A model generated the notes under the pieces. That model was not told the DNA's origin, made no database searches, and saw nothing but the letters and a program-made list of their open reading frames with translations. Source: Takakia lepidozioides (Eukaryota; Plantae; Bryophyta). Taken from it: a stretch of DNA of 64,000 bases. The DNA is taken from NCBI GenBank assembly GCA_030704615.1, contig CM060731.1, positions 5,208,001 to 5,272,000 of the forward strand. Reading direction: 5' to 3'. Made by a program: the position numbers and the translations under genes. Shown piece by piece: positions 16,027 through 29,600 of this stretch (the first letter of the stretch is position 1; the number at the start of each line of letters is the position of its first letter).

Positions 16027-17239
16027 AAGATCTCCGTTCAGAAACGCTGTCTTGATATCGAACTGGGCCATCTCCATGTCCACTGCTGCTGCTATTGCAA
16101 GGATTGTACGTAGGGAGTCATATTTGACCACAGGTGCGAAAGTTTCAGCATAGTCAATGCCTAATTGCTGGGAGTAGCCTTTGGCGACCAGCCTCAAACT
16201 CCTCATTCATTGCAACATTCCACTCTGGTATTCCTTCTGCCTCGGAGTAGTTTCTTGGCTCTTCAAACAGTTCTCCTGTTCTTGCAATATATGCATTCGA
16301 CCCTCCAACGCTTCCACTTCCTGGCTTCCACCATTCACCGTATCTGTTCAGTGGTTTCTTTTCTCTTTGTGAGCGCGCACGAAGTGTCGACTTCAATGTA
16401 TTTGCTTGAATCCCTTCTATGATCACTTCTTCTTCAGACAATTCAGGGGTTATTACAATGTCTGAAGCTGGTGTGATTATCTCTTCGATGACTTCTTGTT
16501 CGTGATTCTGAACCCTCTCATCCCTCCTGCCTCCGGGATCTAAGGGTAGCTGCAAATCTTCTCTATTAAGATTAGGCGGCACTGCTCCATCTCTTGTGGC
16601 TGTTACTTTTTCCGTTGCGCCCCTTCCTGGCTCCGGAACGAAGAAAAAAGGGCGCAACTTACAATTTATTCGCAATGCGAATGAAGTGGTTTTAGCCTGA
16701 GAAGATGCGTGGAAGGGAAAAAAAAAGCCTCCGCCGGATAGACGGGTGGCCAGATGGGTGCAAGTGGAAGCCTTTTTTATAGACGGCTTTAGAATATAAA
16801 TTGACAAAAGTCTAACTACTATCAGTAAATTGGGTATTACACCATACACTTGTAAATCAATCGGGGTCTTTCACCTCGCTATCTGTGCTCTCGCTCCGCG
16901 CCTTTGACTCAGTAAAACGAGTCGTGGTTCGATTCAATAAGTAAAACACGGATACCGTGTTCGAAGTATCCGTGTTCGAAGCTTCTGTTCGCGCATCGCT
17001 TCCCCGCGGCGGCACTCCCTTCCCCAGCACTCTTCTAGCCCTTGCTCAAGTCTCATGGCGTGAGCTCTAAAAGACCGCCCCCATGTAGGGCAAATGTGAA
17101 AAGGTTTGTCAATTATCACTTAGATGGTCGACGATCCATACTCCGGCGAGAAAGCACAAGACGTCATTAAAGGAAATAGGGTTTACGGCCTCATAATTCA
17201 CCACTATTGCGTCGCCTAAACAAACTACACATAGTTCGA

Positions 17240-17397
17240 GGGTTTCATGGAAAACTTGGCCCTCTTCTCTATTAAGATCAGGCAGCACCGCTCCATCTCT
17301 TGTGGCTGTTAGGGTTTCATGGAAAACTTGGCCCTCTTCTCTATTAAGATCAGGCAGCACCGCTCCATCTCTTGTGGCTGTTAGGGTTTCATGGAAA
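17240..17397. repeat. 72-bp in-frame tandem duplication inside copia B pol
   Basis: FHETLTATRDGAVLPDLNREEGQV occurs twice; a further partial copy lies at about 16558-16605, beyond an unrelated insert of about 630 bp. Confidence 0.85.
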
Positions 17398-19517
17398 AAC
17401 CCGTCACGACTAATCACGATCTTTCTCTTCGTTTGATTCCACAACCTATACGCCTTGCTCGTATCAGAGTATCCCACACACATTAGTTTCTCACTCTTTG
17501 CATCCAGTTTCGCAAAGCCTTGGGAATGTGCATGAACGCATCACATCCAAAAACCTTCAAGTGAGCCACACAAGGCTTCTTTCCATGTCACGCTTCATAT
17601 GTGGTTTTGTCACTCAAAGTCCGGGTTGCTCCTCTATTGAGTACATGAACTGCAGTATGAGTTGCCTCTGCCCAAAGTTCAAGCGCTACTCCTTGTGCAT
17701 GAAGCATGTTTCTCGCGCTCTCCACTATGGTTCTATTATCTCTCTCTGCAACTCCATTTTGTTCAGGTGAGTAGGGGGCAGTGATTTCGTGTTTGATTCC
17801 TGCATGTTGGAGATACTCACTGAGCTCCTTACTCATGTATTCTCCCCCTCTATCTGACCGTAATTTCTTGATCCTTCTCCCTGTGTCATTCACAACCATC
17901 TTCTCTAATTTCTGGAAACAGGAGAACACTTTAGATTTGTTCTTCACAAAGAACACAAACCTATAGCCGCTGTGGTCATCCTTAAAGAAGACAAAATATC
18001 TGGAACCTCGCACTGAATCTATGCTCATGGGGCCGCATACATCTGAATGGAAGAACTCTCCAGGTTTCGTTGCCTTTTCTTGATCTTGGTTAGCATGGAA
18101 AGGTAATCGGTGTTGTTTCCCATACTCACAACCTTCACAAAAAATCATCTCCTTAAGTATGAGGAGCACTTTTACCATTTGGCCCTTGTCCATCTTCTTT
18201 ATTGCCCCAAGATTTACGTGCCCCAAGCGGTGGTGCCAGATCTGCAGGCTACCATTTGCTCGTTCTTCTTTGATATCCCCAGTAGTAACCACATTTGCTT
18301 GTGACTGAGGTGACACAACTTCAATTTCCAAGCGGTAAAGTTTTCTCTCGCGTACCCCCACCATGACTGTTTTTTCTTCGTGATTTTGCATCTGACATCC
18401 TTGCTTTCCGTATGTAATAGAGATATTCTTATCGGCAGCCTGTCCAATCGAAAACAAGTTCGATGCCTGCAACCCAAAGTCGTCGATTGTCTGCAACATG
18501 ACTGCCCACTGTCCCTGTGGAATGGCCTTCAGATTCTTGAACCAGTCTTGTCTATCCGTCATATGCTCTGAAGCTCCACCGTCGGCTAACCAAACACTTT
18601 GATCTGCTCCCAATCCTGAGTCAGCCGAGAAAGCTTCACTCTCATTCGTCTCACTACTCGACGCAGTCTCACTTGCCGACACATTTTCTTGACTCGCATT
18701 ATTGCAGGGCTTATTCTTCTTGCATGCGCGCGACCAATGCCCTGTCTCCCCACATTTGTTACATCTCGTCCGCTTCTTAAGGGCGCTGATGTATTCTGCA
18801 TGGGATCTCTTTGTATACTCTTCTTTCTTCTTGCCTGCAGAGAAGAACGCTTGATCTGCATGTTCTTCCACGCCTCCCCTCACCTTGTCCAAGGTTTCCT
18901 CCTTTAGAAGCCTTGTCGTGAGAGTTTCGATCGTTTGCTTCTCTTCGGGTACATTATCCCAGGCAGCTATGATGTGCTTGTAGCTGGAAGGCAAGCTACA
19001 TATGACCTTGGTGATCACTGCAGAATCAGACGTATGCTCGCCCAAATCGTTGAGTTGCCTAGCCATCGCTTCAACTTTGCTTATGTGGCTCGCAATATCG
19101 TCACCTGCCTGCATCCTGTACTCAAAGAATTTTTGATGTAAAACATGTTTATTCTCAGATGCATTCTGTTCATGGATTGTGATCAACCGTGACCACATCT
19201 GATGGGATGTGTTGCAATTGCAAATGCTTTTCATCAACAACAGCACATATGAACATTTTAGCAGTGTTATTCTCTTCGTCCCACTGCTTCAAAGCCTCTT
19301 CTCCAACTACACTTGATCGCTCTACTGAACCATCTACAACTCCATAGATTTCTTTGGCCTCAAACACAATTTTCATTTGGAACTTCCATAGCTGGAAATT
19401 CTCCCCAGTGAACCTAGTAATGTGAGCCATGTCCTTGAGATCTCCTCCCCCCTTCATGTCGTGATACTAACTTTTCAATTGTGAAGATGAGGTATAGTGT
19501 GTGGTGGGCCCATAACC

Positions 19518-19827
19518 TGTTGAGTTTTGCTAATCAGTCTGCTTCCACTAGCTCTTAGATCACATACTAACCACAATCATGCAATGAAGTACACACAAGA
19601 AAGGAGTAACAAATGAATAAGCTTGAATTGTATTGAGCCAAAAGTATAATCTGCTGTACTCTGCACACTCGGCTAACTGCATGAAGCTACACTGTATGAG
19701 AGTCTACTGTCGCTATGGTTCAGTGATCGATAAGCGAAGCAGCGGCAGTCATCGCCCTATATCTATTCTGAACTACTCAAAAGTGAAATAGCAAGAAATC
19801 TACTATCAAGAAACAAGAGGGCCGTTA
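19518..19827 (-). repeat. LTR of copia B (5' copy; outer end uncertain)
   Basis: Begins TGTTGAG directly next to the PBS; matches 15714-16026. Confidence 0.88.
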
Positions 19828-21046
19828 TAGTCCAGGTGTGCGCTCAAATGTCTCATCCTCGTCTCATCGGAATGTATCAGGAAGCCCACTTCCAGAAATG
19901 AAGATACTTACATTATGAGTGGGATAGTTTGTGGCAGAGCGTCAGAAAACCATGCGGAGTGGAAGACATCTATGTAACAACGACAAACTTCAAAAAAACG
20001 TTGACTCATCTCTCAGAAGCGATAGGTCTAGGGCAGGATGGTGTTGTTTTTCCAAATTGGAGTTCGATGCTTGCAGTATTTCCAGTACAAATTATGCACC
20101 TGAGTTGAGCCGCGAGACTGGGATCATGCGGACGAGACACAAATAAGTTCTGTGAGAACTGCCAGGAATGAGTTACAAAGGTCAGAGGTATCGAGTATCG
20201 ACCAGGCAATGGAGACTGCCACAAGTCATGCGAAGCATCATTATCATGTAAGGCTATTCCTCTAGCAATAGATAAGCATCTCGATTAGGGGTATCTGACA
20301 AGAATTAGCTGTGATAAGATGGTTAAGCCTTTAATCATTTCAGATGCATGTGCAATGAAATCACAATCTTGCAATATCTCCTGCATTTTTTGATTGAGAT
20401 CAATCACTCTTGGCTTGCAACTTGGGTTTTATTTCTGATCCTGATAGCAGATAATCAGGGGTATTATCTCAGTTCTCCTCATTGTTCCTGGGGTGAGCCT
20501 GAGATTCTAGCTCCACCTCCCCACTTGCAGACCAAACTGAAGCCAATGAATGTCTGCACTCCATAGACAAACCCCCATTCAATCTTTGCACAATCATGCA
20601 CTTGCTGCTCGAACAATCCGAAGTGCCTCTAATTTAACTTTGTCCTTCGTCAAGGATTGTTATCAGCATTCTGTTATGCAGTACCATGTGACTTCAGCAT
20701 GAATGGTTTGTGGTTTCTGATGTGCAGATGAGATAATTACCCACCAAGTAGGTTGTGATTCTGTGTCTTATGTACCATGGTCCTGTATCTTTGTAATCTT
20801 CTCCCCAGAGAACTGCTCTTGAGGTGTGTGCCATCAGTCCAACCTGGACGTCCCTCACACACATCCAAAGGAGGAAGAGCAGAGGAGGTGAGAAAGGATG
20901 CCAGTATTGCCTTTGAAGACCCCATCCACAGGAGAGAACAGAGGTCTGAAAATCAGCACCAGATAATAGCAAAGTAATAAAATGATAGTCCAACAAAAAT
21001 GCGATTAGCCAAATTCTGCATTCATTGTCATTGACCATCAACTACC

Positions 21047-21199
21047 TGTGACAAGCCAAATGTTTAGCTGACCAAAGAACTTGACTTGCAGTAGCCCAGG
21101 GCCGTCTTGCGCTCAATGTTGGAATGAAGGTCAGCCTTCTTCAGCTCTTCTAGTCTCTTTTGTTGAGCATCCTTCACTTCTGCAGGTAGGACCTATACA
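21047..21199 (-). pseudogene. Inverted, diverged copy of EFG1 exon 2 plus flanking intron ends
   Basis: Reverse complement reads TGTATAGGTCCTACCTGCAGAAGTGAAGGATGCTCAACAAAAGAGACTAGAAGAG...AAGTCAAGTTCTTTGG...AAACATTTGGCT, matching 22799-22962. Confidence 0.9.
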
Positions 21200-22493
21200 A
21201 AGAGAAACCTGGCAGAGTTGCTGGTGGCTATGGGCCCTCGTTAATCTAGGAAGCTTGTGATGGGTGGCATAGGACGCAAAAATATGTCTAATGAAATAGA
21301 GCTGCATTACCACTGTTCATGATTCCAAGCTACATAAAACATAGCAAGAGAAGAACAGGCACCCTTAAGAACTAAGGACAATGCTTCCACAGATCAATTG
21401 CAGTGTGAATAGTAGAAGCAGCAAAGCAGCATGAAGCTCACTCTCTCCCTCTTTCCTGCGCAAAAGAGATCATCTCACCAGTTGCAAAGAGCAAAGAGGA
21501 ATTCACTCTTGGGCACACCAGGTAAGGGAATACCGATGTACTCATCCACATTTCTATCCACCTTCCCCCAACCTCTCACTCTGAACGCGCAATTCCATCA
21601 AAGAACTGCAAAGACTTCAACTCCATACAACACCATCCAAGTAACCCAACTCCATACGAATCAACCATATTCGACTGAGTGAGTTGAGAGTCTCATATTT
21701 CCCTTGTGGGTTGAAACTTGAAACTCCATAACTGACGTGGGAGAGGCGGCGGTCGGGACTGACTAGCCACAGTTTGGAATAGACGCTAAGTGCATCGACT
21801 ATCTCTCTCGCTCTCTCTTTCTCTGGATTGCTGTTAACCATGGCGAAAATCCATTACTTGCAGTCATCGGAGCCAAACAAACAAACAAACAGGACAAGGA
21901 GATGAGAAGTTGTTCTCTCGATAAACTCTACAAACCAAAGACCACATCACGCCGTTGAACTCCATCAGTGAATACATGTAGCTACTCCCCACATACCATT
22001 TCAACCAAACAAATAGAATGGGATGAATGGCTTGGTGTAGTCTGTGACTTGAGTGGGCTCGACAGGAATTTTTGGCAATCTTCAGTATCTGCTCTTGCAA
22101 AGCTATGCTGCCTCAAAATCGAGAAAGATTAGGGTTATCCACCATAAACCGGAGCATATTATTATCCGATCATGTCGGCTACTCCAATTCTAGGGTATTA
22201 GCTGTCGTTTATAACTTAGGCCGAAGACTTACTGTACAATCCCCTTTTTCCGAGTGAGAAACTGATCCAACTGGGGCTCAAGCAAAATTTCGCGCAGGAT
22301 ATTCAGAAGAGAATGTTCATAACACCCTGGCAGTGTGTGAAGTGCCATCGACTCTCCCAGAAACCCTTGATCTGCTCACAACTGATTTTGCCTTAGACCT
22401 TGCATGGTGGGGAGTCCAGTTGTGGTTTCTCTGCGTTAAATTGAAGACTCTGTACGTGGATTCGAACTCACAGGAAACCCACTGGCGGGCTGA

Positions 22494-25228
22494 ATGGCAC
22501 ATGGCGGATATGGAAAGAGGAAGGTGGCAGGCAGACCTCCATTGTCCCGTGGTTCAGGGTCTAGCCGGGGATGGGGCAGAGGACCAGGTGTTCGCAAAGA
22601 GACGGACAAGAAGTCCAAAATTGTGTCCACAAAGAATCAGATTCGCTCCATCGAGCGATTGCTGAAGAAGGTGTCCCCCATTGAGCTCACGCCTGTTAGA
22701 TATCAATCCTAGGGTGGTTTGTCATGTAGTTTGTAGTGCGATCTGCAGATGTTTCATGCTGTCCTCTCAGTATTAACGTAGTATTAACTTTCTGCATGTG
22801 TATAGGTCCTACCTGCAGAAGTGAAGGATGCTCAACAAAAGAGACTAGAAGAGTTGAAGAAGCAGTCCGAGCTCCATGCCAGGATTGAGCTTGAGCGCAA
22901 GATGGCGCTGCGCTACCGCAAAGTCAAGTTCTTTGGTGAGGTTAAACATTTGGCTGGTCACACTTTGCTGAATGGTAGTAATACATGAATGTGGTCAATC
23001 ACAGGCTTGTCATCCTCTGTCAATAGCATCAGAAAGTACAGCCATTGCCTCTGTCTATCCTGGGCCCAGGTGTGGCAGGGTGGGCAGACACCGAGTGATA
23101 AGTTCCTGACTTTGTAAACCTTGTGACTGGTTGTGGAGATACAGAGAGATTCAGGGTCTCGAGCAGAACCCTATGACAATTGTGTGTGTTGTTGTTAAAG
23201 TCCTTTATTATGGTTGCTAAGGAATGTAGGCTTGGTACAAACTTGCTCTTGTGTAGCTGCAGGGAGTTTCAAATCCTCCTGGCTTTCTCTCGGGCTGCAT
23301 CAAACTGCTTGCTGAAATGTCTGGCCACCATTGAACAGCTTAATCCTTGGCAAACTGCATATCATGGCTATCAATATGTTACCGAAGGAAGTCAGTTTGG
23401 TTGTCTGTGACATCACACTTCCTCCACCTATTCAAGACACCTTCATTCACATCTTCTAGATACGGTGGATGATCACTAGTTTAATTGGAGCTGTCACTAT
23501 TACAACCCATATAAGTTTCATGGTTTTAACTATGGACTGTTATGTGGCACGTCTGTACTGTGTTATTTCACTAGGACTCATCAATAACATGGGGGTTGGG
23601 GTTCCTTGCTTTACGTCCAGAGAGGAGGAAGATAGAGCGCAGAATACGCCGGCTGGAGAAGCAGCAAAGAGGCTTGTTGGATCATGCCTCTGATGACAAC
23701 ACTGAACAACTTGCCAATCTGACTGAACAGCTCGCTCAGCTGAAGGAGGACCTTGAGTATGTTCGGGTACGTCTCCCTCTCTCTCATTCACCTTCTCACA
23801 CAGAATTCATGAGCTATGTCCATTGACTGGGATGTCTCACTTGTGAGTGTGCAGTTTTTCCCAAAGACGGAAAAGTATGTGTCTCTGTTCATGGGCAATG
23901 AAGACGAGCAGGTCGTTGCAAAAAGAGGTGACCTCCGGGAAAAGATCAAGGCCAACTTGGCTGCTGCAACTGCTGCTGGGGTGGACCTGGAAGGTGTGAT
24001 TTTGATAAACACTACACCATTTCTGTGGCCTCAATATTTGAAGGGAAATATTGGATTACGGGAAAGGTGGGTGGGTGGGTGGGTCGGGGGGGGGGACCGG
24101 TTCAGAGAGAAGGATATGGGTGAACAGCAGGGATGAATTGAATCTTGCATGTACCTGTGCTTTGTAGACACCTCTGCAACGTATAGATTGATTGTTTGCA
24201 GCTCTGGCAAGTAACAAATTAACATGTTACAGAGACGGGAAGCGAGGATGAGGCCATGGATATGAGTGAGGATGACTTCTTCATGGCTGGCTCCTCTAGT
24301 GACGATGCTGATGATGAATGGACAGACAAGAGCCCCAGGTAACTGACCCTGGCTTGTGGGGTTTTCGCTTTTGCACAATGTGTGTGACTTCCCAGTGTAG
24401 GTTGTGAATGGGGCAGATATGTGCAACGTTGTCAAGTCAGTATCAGTGCCATGCGTCAGTGGCTTTTATCCTGTTCAAGAGGATTTCATATTCCTTCCCA
24501 CATCAGAAGTACCTCAATGATCTGATGACACCGTCCGCAGACTGGGAGAGGATAAGGATGACACTTCAAAGGAGCTGGTTCCTTTGAATCAACCATTGAG
24601 ATCATCACTTAGCAAAGCTTCTAAGCGCACACTCACAACCAGGAAAAACCAGGTATGCCCCTCCTGGTGACTTGCAGGTTCCTTCACAATGATTCCAGGT
24701 CTTCTCTTATCTCTCTTTCGTAGATAATGCAGTTTTAAAGCATGTGCCACTGACTTTTTCTATTATACAGGCCTCTCATCAATGTAACATGTCCAATTTC
24801 TTTTTATGCAGAGCGAAAAGTCAGCGAGGGTCCTAATGCCACCCCCGGGACCAAAGAGGCAGGGTCCATCATCTAGCAGAAATCCTCGGGTTGGTAAGTT
24901 CAGTAACAGCAGAACTCCATCAAGCAGCAGCGCTGGAGAGACAGGGAAAAGAGTCCGGTACAATCAGCACTCGTCCAGTAATGGTGAGGGAGAGACAGGG
25001 AAAAGAGTCCGGTACAATCAGCGCTCGTCCAGTAATGGTGAGGGAGAGACACGGAAAAGAGTCCGGTACAATCAGCGCTCGTCCAGTAATGGTGAGGAAG
25101 TTACCAGAGCTCGGAGCCAGCGGTCAAATAGTACTGTAAGCTGGGAAAATGTGAAGAGTTCGGCATCTGACACTCAACAATCTAAGCCCAAGCGCAAGAG
25201 ATCAAGGCCAAAGAAGAAGAAGACGTGA
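22494..25228 (+). CDS. EFG1: rRNA-processing protein EFG1 homolog
   Basis: Exons 22494-22670, 22806-22935, 23621-23766, 23855-23993, 24233-24338, 24541-24652 and 24812-25228 are phase-consistent. Motifs: KNQIRSIERLL, KMALRYRKVKFFERRKIERRIRRLEK, EDLEYVRFFPKTEKYVSLF; basic C-terminal tail. Confidence 0.88.
24935..25097 (+). repeat. Coding 54-bp tandem repeat x3 in the EFG1 last exon
   Basis: GETGKRVRYNQ(H/R)SSSNGE occurs three times. Confidence 0.9.
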
Positions 25229-26643
25229 ATGCACAGTCTAGGAACTCCTGCCTCTGTACACTAAGTTTACCCAGATGTGCAAACCATTTGGTCTTTGGTG
25301 AGGATTAGAGCACTTTCTCCAGTATTGTGCCATGGGTGTGGACTCTCTTCAGAAGCATGAAAGAGACTGTGACAGATCAATTAGGTGGTATGACCTCAGC
25401 TCTTGGAGATCTTTTGCAGCAATATCAGAAGGTCTGAATTCGTGGGTTGTGACCTGCCTGAGGTCTGACCCTTGGATCAACACACATCAATTGCTTGTGC
25501 GATAGTAGTGCGGCAAGGCCAGAAAATTTCCACATAGCGGCCATAGCGGCCTCTGGCAGGTAGCGGCCATTCTGTGCTCCCCCTATTCCCTTCCCATTCT
25601 CCCCCTTTCTGCTCTGTCCACTCAGCATGTGGTCTAAGGCCAATCCAGGCAAAGTACGATGTTATCTTCTCTGCCTGCCTGCTTCTTAGTGAACAGATAC
25701 ATCAGACAGTTCTGGGCCTGTTTATACTCAAGCCTTGTCCTCTCGTCCTCTCGTCCTCCCTCCCTCCCTCGTACATTTGGGCTGCGCCCCAAACACTCAG
25801 GCAAACTGCACTTGGTTTTAATTTGGTGTGTGACATGATACTTAAGAGTATTATAGCTTCAAGAGTGTTTTCCTGCTACAATATCGACAAGGCAAAGCAT
25901 TCAAGTCTCTGCATACTTAATCTCTCCCTACCTTTTCTTGAAAAGTAACATTCATTTCTTGTGGTGCTCTAGTTTAACGAAGGCCTCAGTCAACTGTTTC
26001 TTTAACCTCTTAATGGACATCAGGAGGACCAGCAGAGCTCCTCTACTACTGTTTCTCATGCTAAGCTTCCAAAAACAAATCTGCGCGCAAGATAAGCGAA
26101 TCTGCCAATCTCCATTCGCTTTCCAAATCTTGTTTTTTCCAAGAGAAGATCTGAAATGTGACTCCCTGCTGTCTTCCCCTTGTTTCTACGACAATTCCGC
26201 CTCGCATCTTGTGACTTATTACTTTGCAAAACTATGATCATATTCTCAACATTGTTTCTACAATCGTTCCGCCTGTCGGTGCTGGGCAGTTTCGATCACA
26301 GGCGCTCGGACTGATTGAATGACTGCCCCAACTTGTCTCGTGCGTGAAGTGTGAAGCTTTACCTTGCCAAGTGTCTGGAGGATGTCTGGAGCATCTAACG
26401 TTGTTGAATACATGGAAGAATAGTGGCATGTAGATGAAAGTTCCTCATCCCTAAGTGGGTCTCGAGTCCTGAGAAGCTTGTGTGTGACGATGTATTCTGC
26501 ACACGGATGCCAGAAGTTGTCTCTCTACCCTTCAATTTGAGGTCACAAAAGCGTGGTTGAATCTGAGAAGGAAGCGAACAGACAACACAATTTGTCCAAA
26601 GGATTTCTTGATTGTGTAAGACAGGAAAAGATTTGTCCCAGAG

Positions 26644-29600
26644 ATGACGAAGTCAGGTGCGGGACAATGGCTGCAGCAAGCTTTGCTGGACCTGTGTTCA
26701 GATGAAGAGTCAGGGCTGCAGCTTGATCCGGAAGTTATCAGCAGCTTAGTGTCTTACTGTGAGCTGGCACCACCTTCGGATGCCCAGGAGTATCTCCTGG
26801 TAAGTGGCCGTCATTCCAGTGCTCGCATTTCTCATCATATCACAAGGATTCTCATCTTCGGCCCAGCAGTAGGACTGGTGACAATACCAACCTGTATATC
26901 ATGTTTGAATTCTGGATACCTCTTGGAATGACCTGAACAATGACAATGAGATGAAATTAATTCGAAAGAGGTCTAATTTTCTGTCCTTTGCTCACTTCCG
27001 TTTGGATTGGTCATGCAACCGCAGCACAAGTTTGCCTGTAAATGAATGCGGAGGGCTGAAGCAGGGTGCTGGAATTGAACCATACGAATGTTCAATGCTT
27101 GGTCCGGGACTTTCGGAAGAATCCTAATTCCAGGCCAAAGAAAACGAGCTGCATGTTTAGTGTAAGAATTAGGGCTAGGTTGAGGGGTGTGTGGTACATT
27201 TCCACGAACATCATTGTAGATGGAAAAACATTCCACCCATAGTCTGTGTGACGGAGAGCCTAAGCTCACTGGTGGGAGTGTAGGGGTTCACTTGAAATAG
27301 GAGTCTGATGTAAATGGTCTGGATCTGGGAGTGTGATGCTTATCACCTGAAGGTAGAATTGCTTACAAAAGAGGAAAAACATTCAAAATGGTTCTGATTT
27401 TTGGAGGTGGCTTTTCACCTGCGTTGGTGCTCAAGCTGCACCATGGGTGACCCATTTTCTGGTTCTTAGTTCCCACTCTCTTTTCTTATGTTGAAGACCT
27501 TCCTGGAGGAACTCTTTAAGGCGACAGACACCTTGAAATACAAGATGGATATTGCGAGTGGAATGAGTTTGGTGATGGTGGTGGACCATGTCCGCACCTG
27601 TCACGTACCCCTGTAACTGGTCAGTCCAAACTGGGTACACGCCCATGTCCACAAGGCTATGGCTAGCAAAGTCCAATGAACACACTCCGGATCTCCTTTC
27701 ATCTTGGCACTATGTGGCAACTTACTTGTAAAACCCATTCAACGGGCTTCACAAATACCAGGGGTTGACAGCAGGGGTTGACAGCAGTAATTTTTGTTGA
27801 CTGGATGTCACCTTGTTTATTGCTGATCATTGTTTCTTGGCTTTTATAATGGGATCAGCTTGTTTATGTGTGACAGTTTGAAATGATATGCAGAACATTG
27901 TGGGAGATGAACGGTGCCAAGTCATTGTGTCTGAGTATCTGCAAAGAAGAGGAGAGGGCATGCCAGGCAGCATGCTCCCCCCGAGCAATCTTGCACAAGG
28001 GACCACTCAGAGTGGGGCAGGGATGCAAGCCTACATGAAGCCCCAGGAGGACGAGACTTGGTCTGTAGGCAGTAAGAGACTCCCCAAAACTGCAAGATCG
28101 AAACCTGGAATCCTAGATGGCCAAGGAAATGTAACAGCAAGTAGACAAGGTAAGCACAAAACTTGTGGCATTCTGTTGCCAAGTGTCCTGCAGTGGGAGC
28201 TGGATTGTGGACTGTTTGGATAAAATGGGTTATTGATTGTGTGGCTAATTGTTTGTAGCCAATGGAGCCCCTCCCACAAAAGCAGGGCCGTCTCAACCAG
28301 CCAAGATAGGCCGTACCAAAGGGCGGAAAGGTGGTAAAGGGATCTCATTGGCCGAGGCTGCTGAAGGCCTGGCTCTGTTTCCACGCGGCGGTCACTGCAG
28401 TTGCCAGGCTAGCAGACACAAACTGATTAACAACTGCCTTGGTTGTGGCAAGATCGTGTGTGAGCAAGAAGGGGAGGGGCCCTGTAATTTCTGTGGGGCT
28501 CTGGTGCTAAGGGAAGGGAGTGATTATGCGGGTCTTGAAGGAGTCAGTTTACCACCAGTCAATGAAGCCGAGGCAGCTGCCCAGGCCTTCAAGGACAGGC
28601 TGGTGGAGTATGATCGTTCCGCCACACAGCGAACCACTGTCATTGATGATCAGAGTGACTATTTCGAGATTGATGGAAATGCTTGGCTTTCGGAGAAGGT
28701 TGGATCTGGACTTGCTTTGTGACTTTCTGGGAGGTGTGGTTATTGTTCTCTGGAGTGTTGAGTGTTGTCATGTCTGGGGTGGATTGCCCAGTTACTTTGG
28801 GGGAACAGCCCTTGACCCTCTGCTTGTGGTGTGGACAGTGCACAGTTCCAGATGCTGGTGGTGGGCCATCACTGTCAGAGTCGTAGGGATAGGGTTTTGC
28901 TAAAAGCCAGGGGTTTATTGGAGGTGGTAGCTTCCTAGGCTTGTGATTTGAAAGATGAGCTTGTTTGGGACATTTATGAAGTTGAGGCATGTCTGTGAGC
29001 AATTGCCAGGGGAAAACTGGAGTCCTGATGTGCTTGGGCTCTTGGGGTTTATAGGAGAAACAACTGTTGCGGCAGCGGCAGGAGGAAGAAGATCGTGCTG
29101 AAGAGGAGAGACGGAAGCGTGTGATTGTCACCATTGACCTTCTTGGTCGTAAAGTATGCTATACATCACTTCTTTTATTTATGAGAATTCACTCACAGTG
29201 GTGGAACTTAGATAACAGACTATGCTGATATCTTACTGCATGAGCTCCTCTGAGGATGATGACTTGCCCTTAGTTGATAACATGAAGGCTGAACCCCACC
29301 GCTATGACTGCAACAACATGCTGATTCTGGCTGAGGAACGAAGGTGCTAACACTCTGTTGCAGAATATGGGGAGTCATATGCTTTTACCTGGAATGCCTG
29401 CAGCAGGTTCATGGTTGGGTGTGATGAACAGGTGGTGATGGCAGACACAGTAGCAGGCAATGAGGACACAAACAATGGGCACCTCATATTGGCAGGGAAC
29501 CCATTTGGAGAGAATGAGAGGGCCCCCAGTCTCCGCATCAAGCCTAACCCATTCCTCTCTGAAGTTCCGGTATTTGTGGAGACTAGAGGATCAGAATATA

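Larger units (their letters stand above)
15714..19827 (-). mobile_element. Ty1/copia LTR retrotransposon B nested in copia A, internally deleted (most of RT and RNase H lost)
   Basis: LTR copies at 15714-16026 and 19518-19827; PBS GGTTATGGGCCCA at 19505-19517; gag (FTGENFQLWKFQM, CNKCGETGHWSRAC), protease (WLADGGASEHM), integrase (WHHRLGH, HSDVCGP, RSDRGGEY, NGVAER); RT stops at AFLNGDL. Confidence 0.93.

Noticed and set aside
19860-21850. Short minus-strand ORFs as the 5' part of the ECA gene or a separate gene
   Set aside because: No P-type ATPase motifs (TGES, DKTGT) and no recognisable family.
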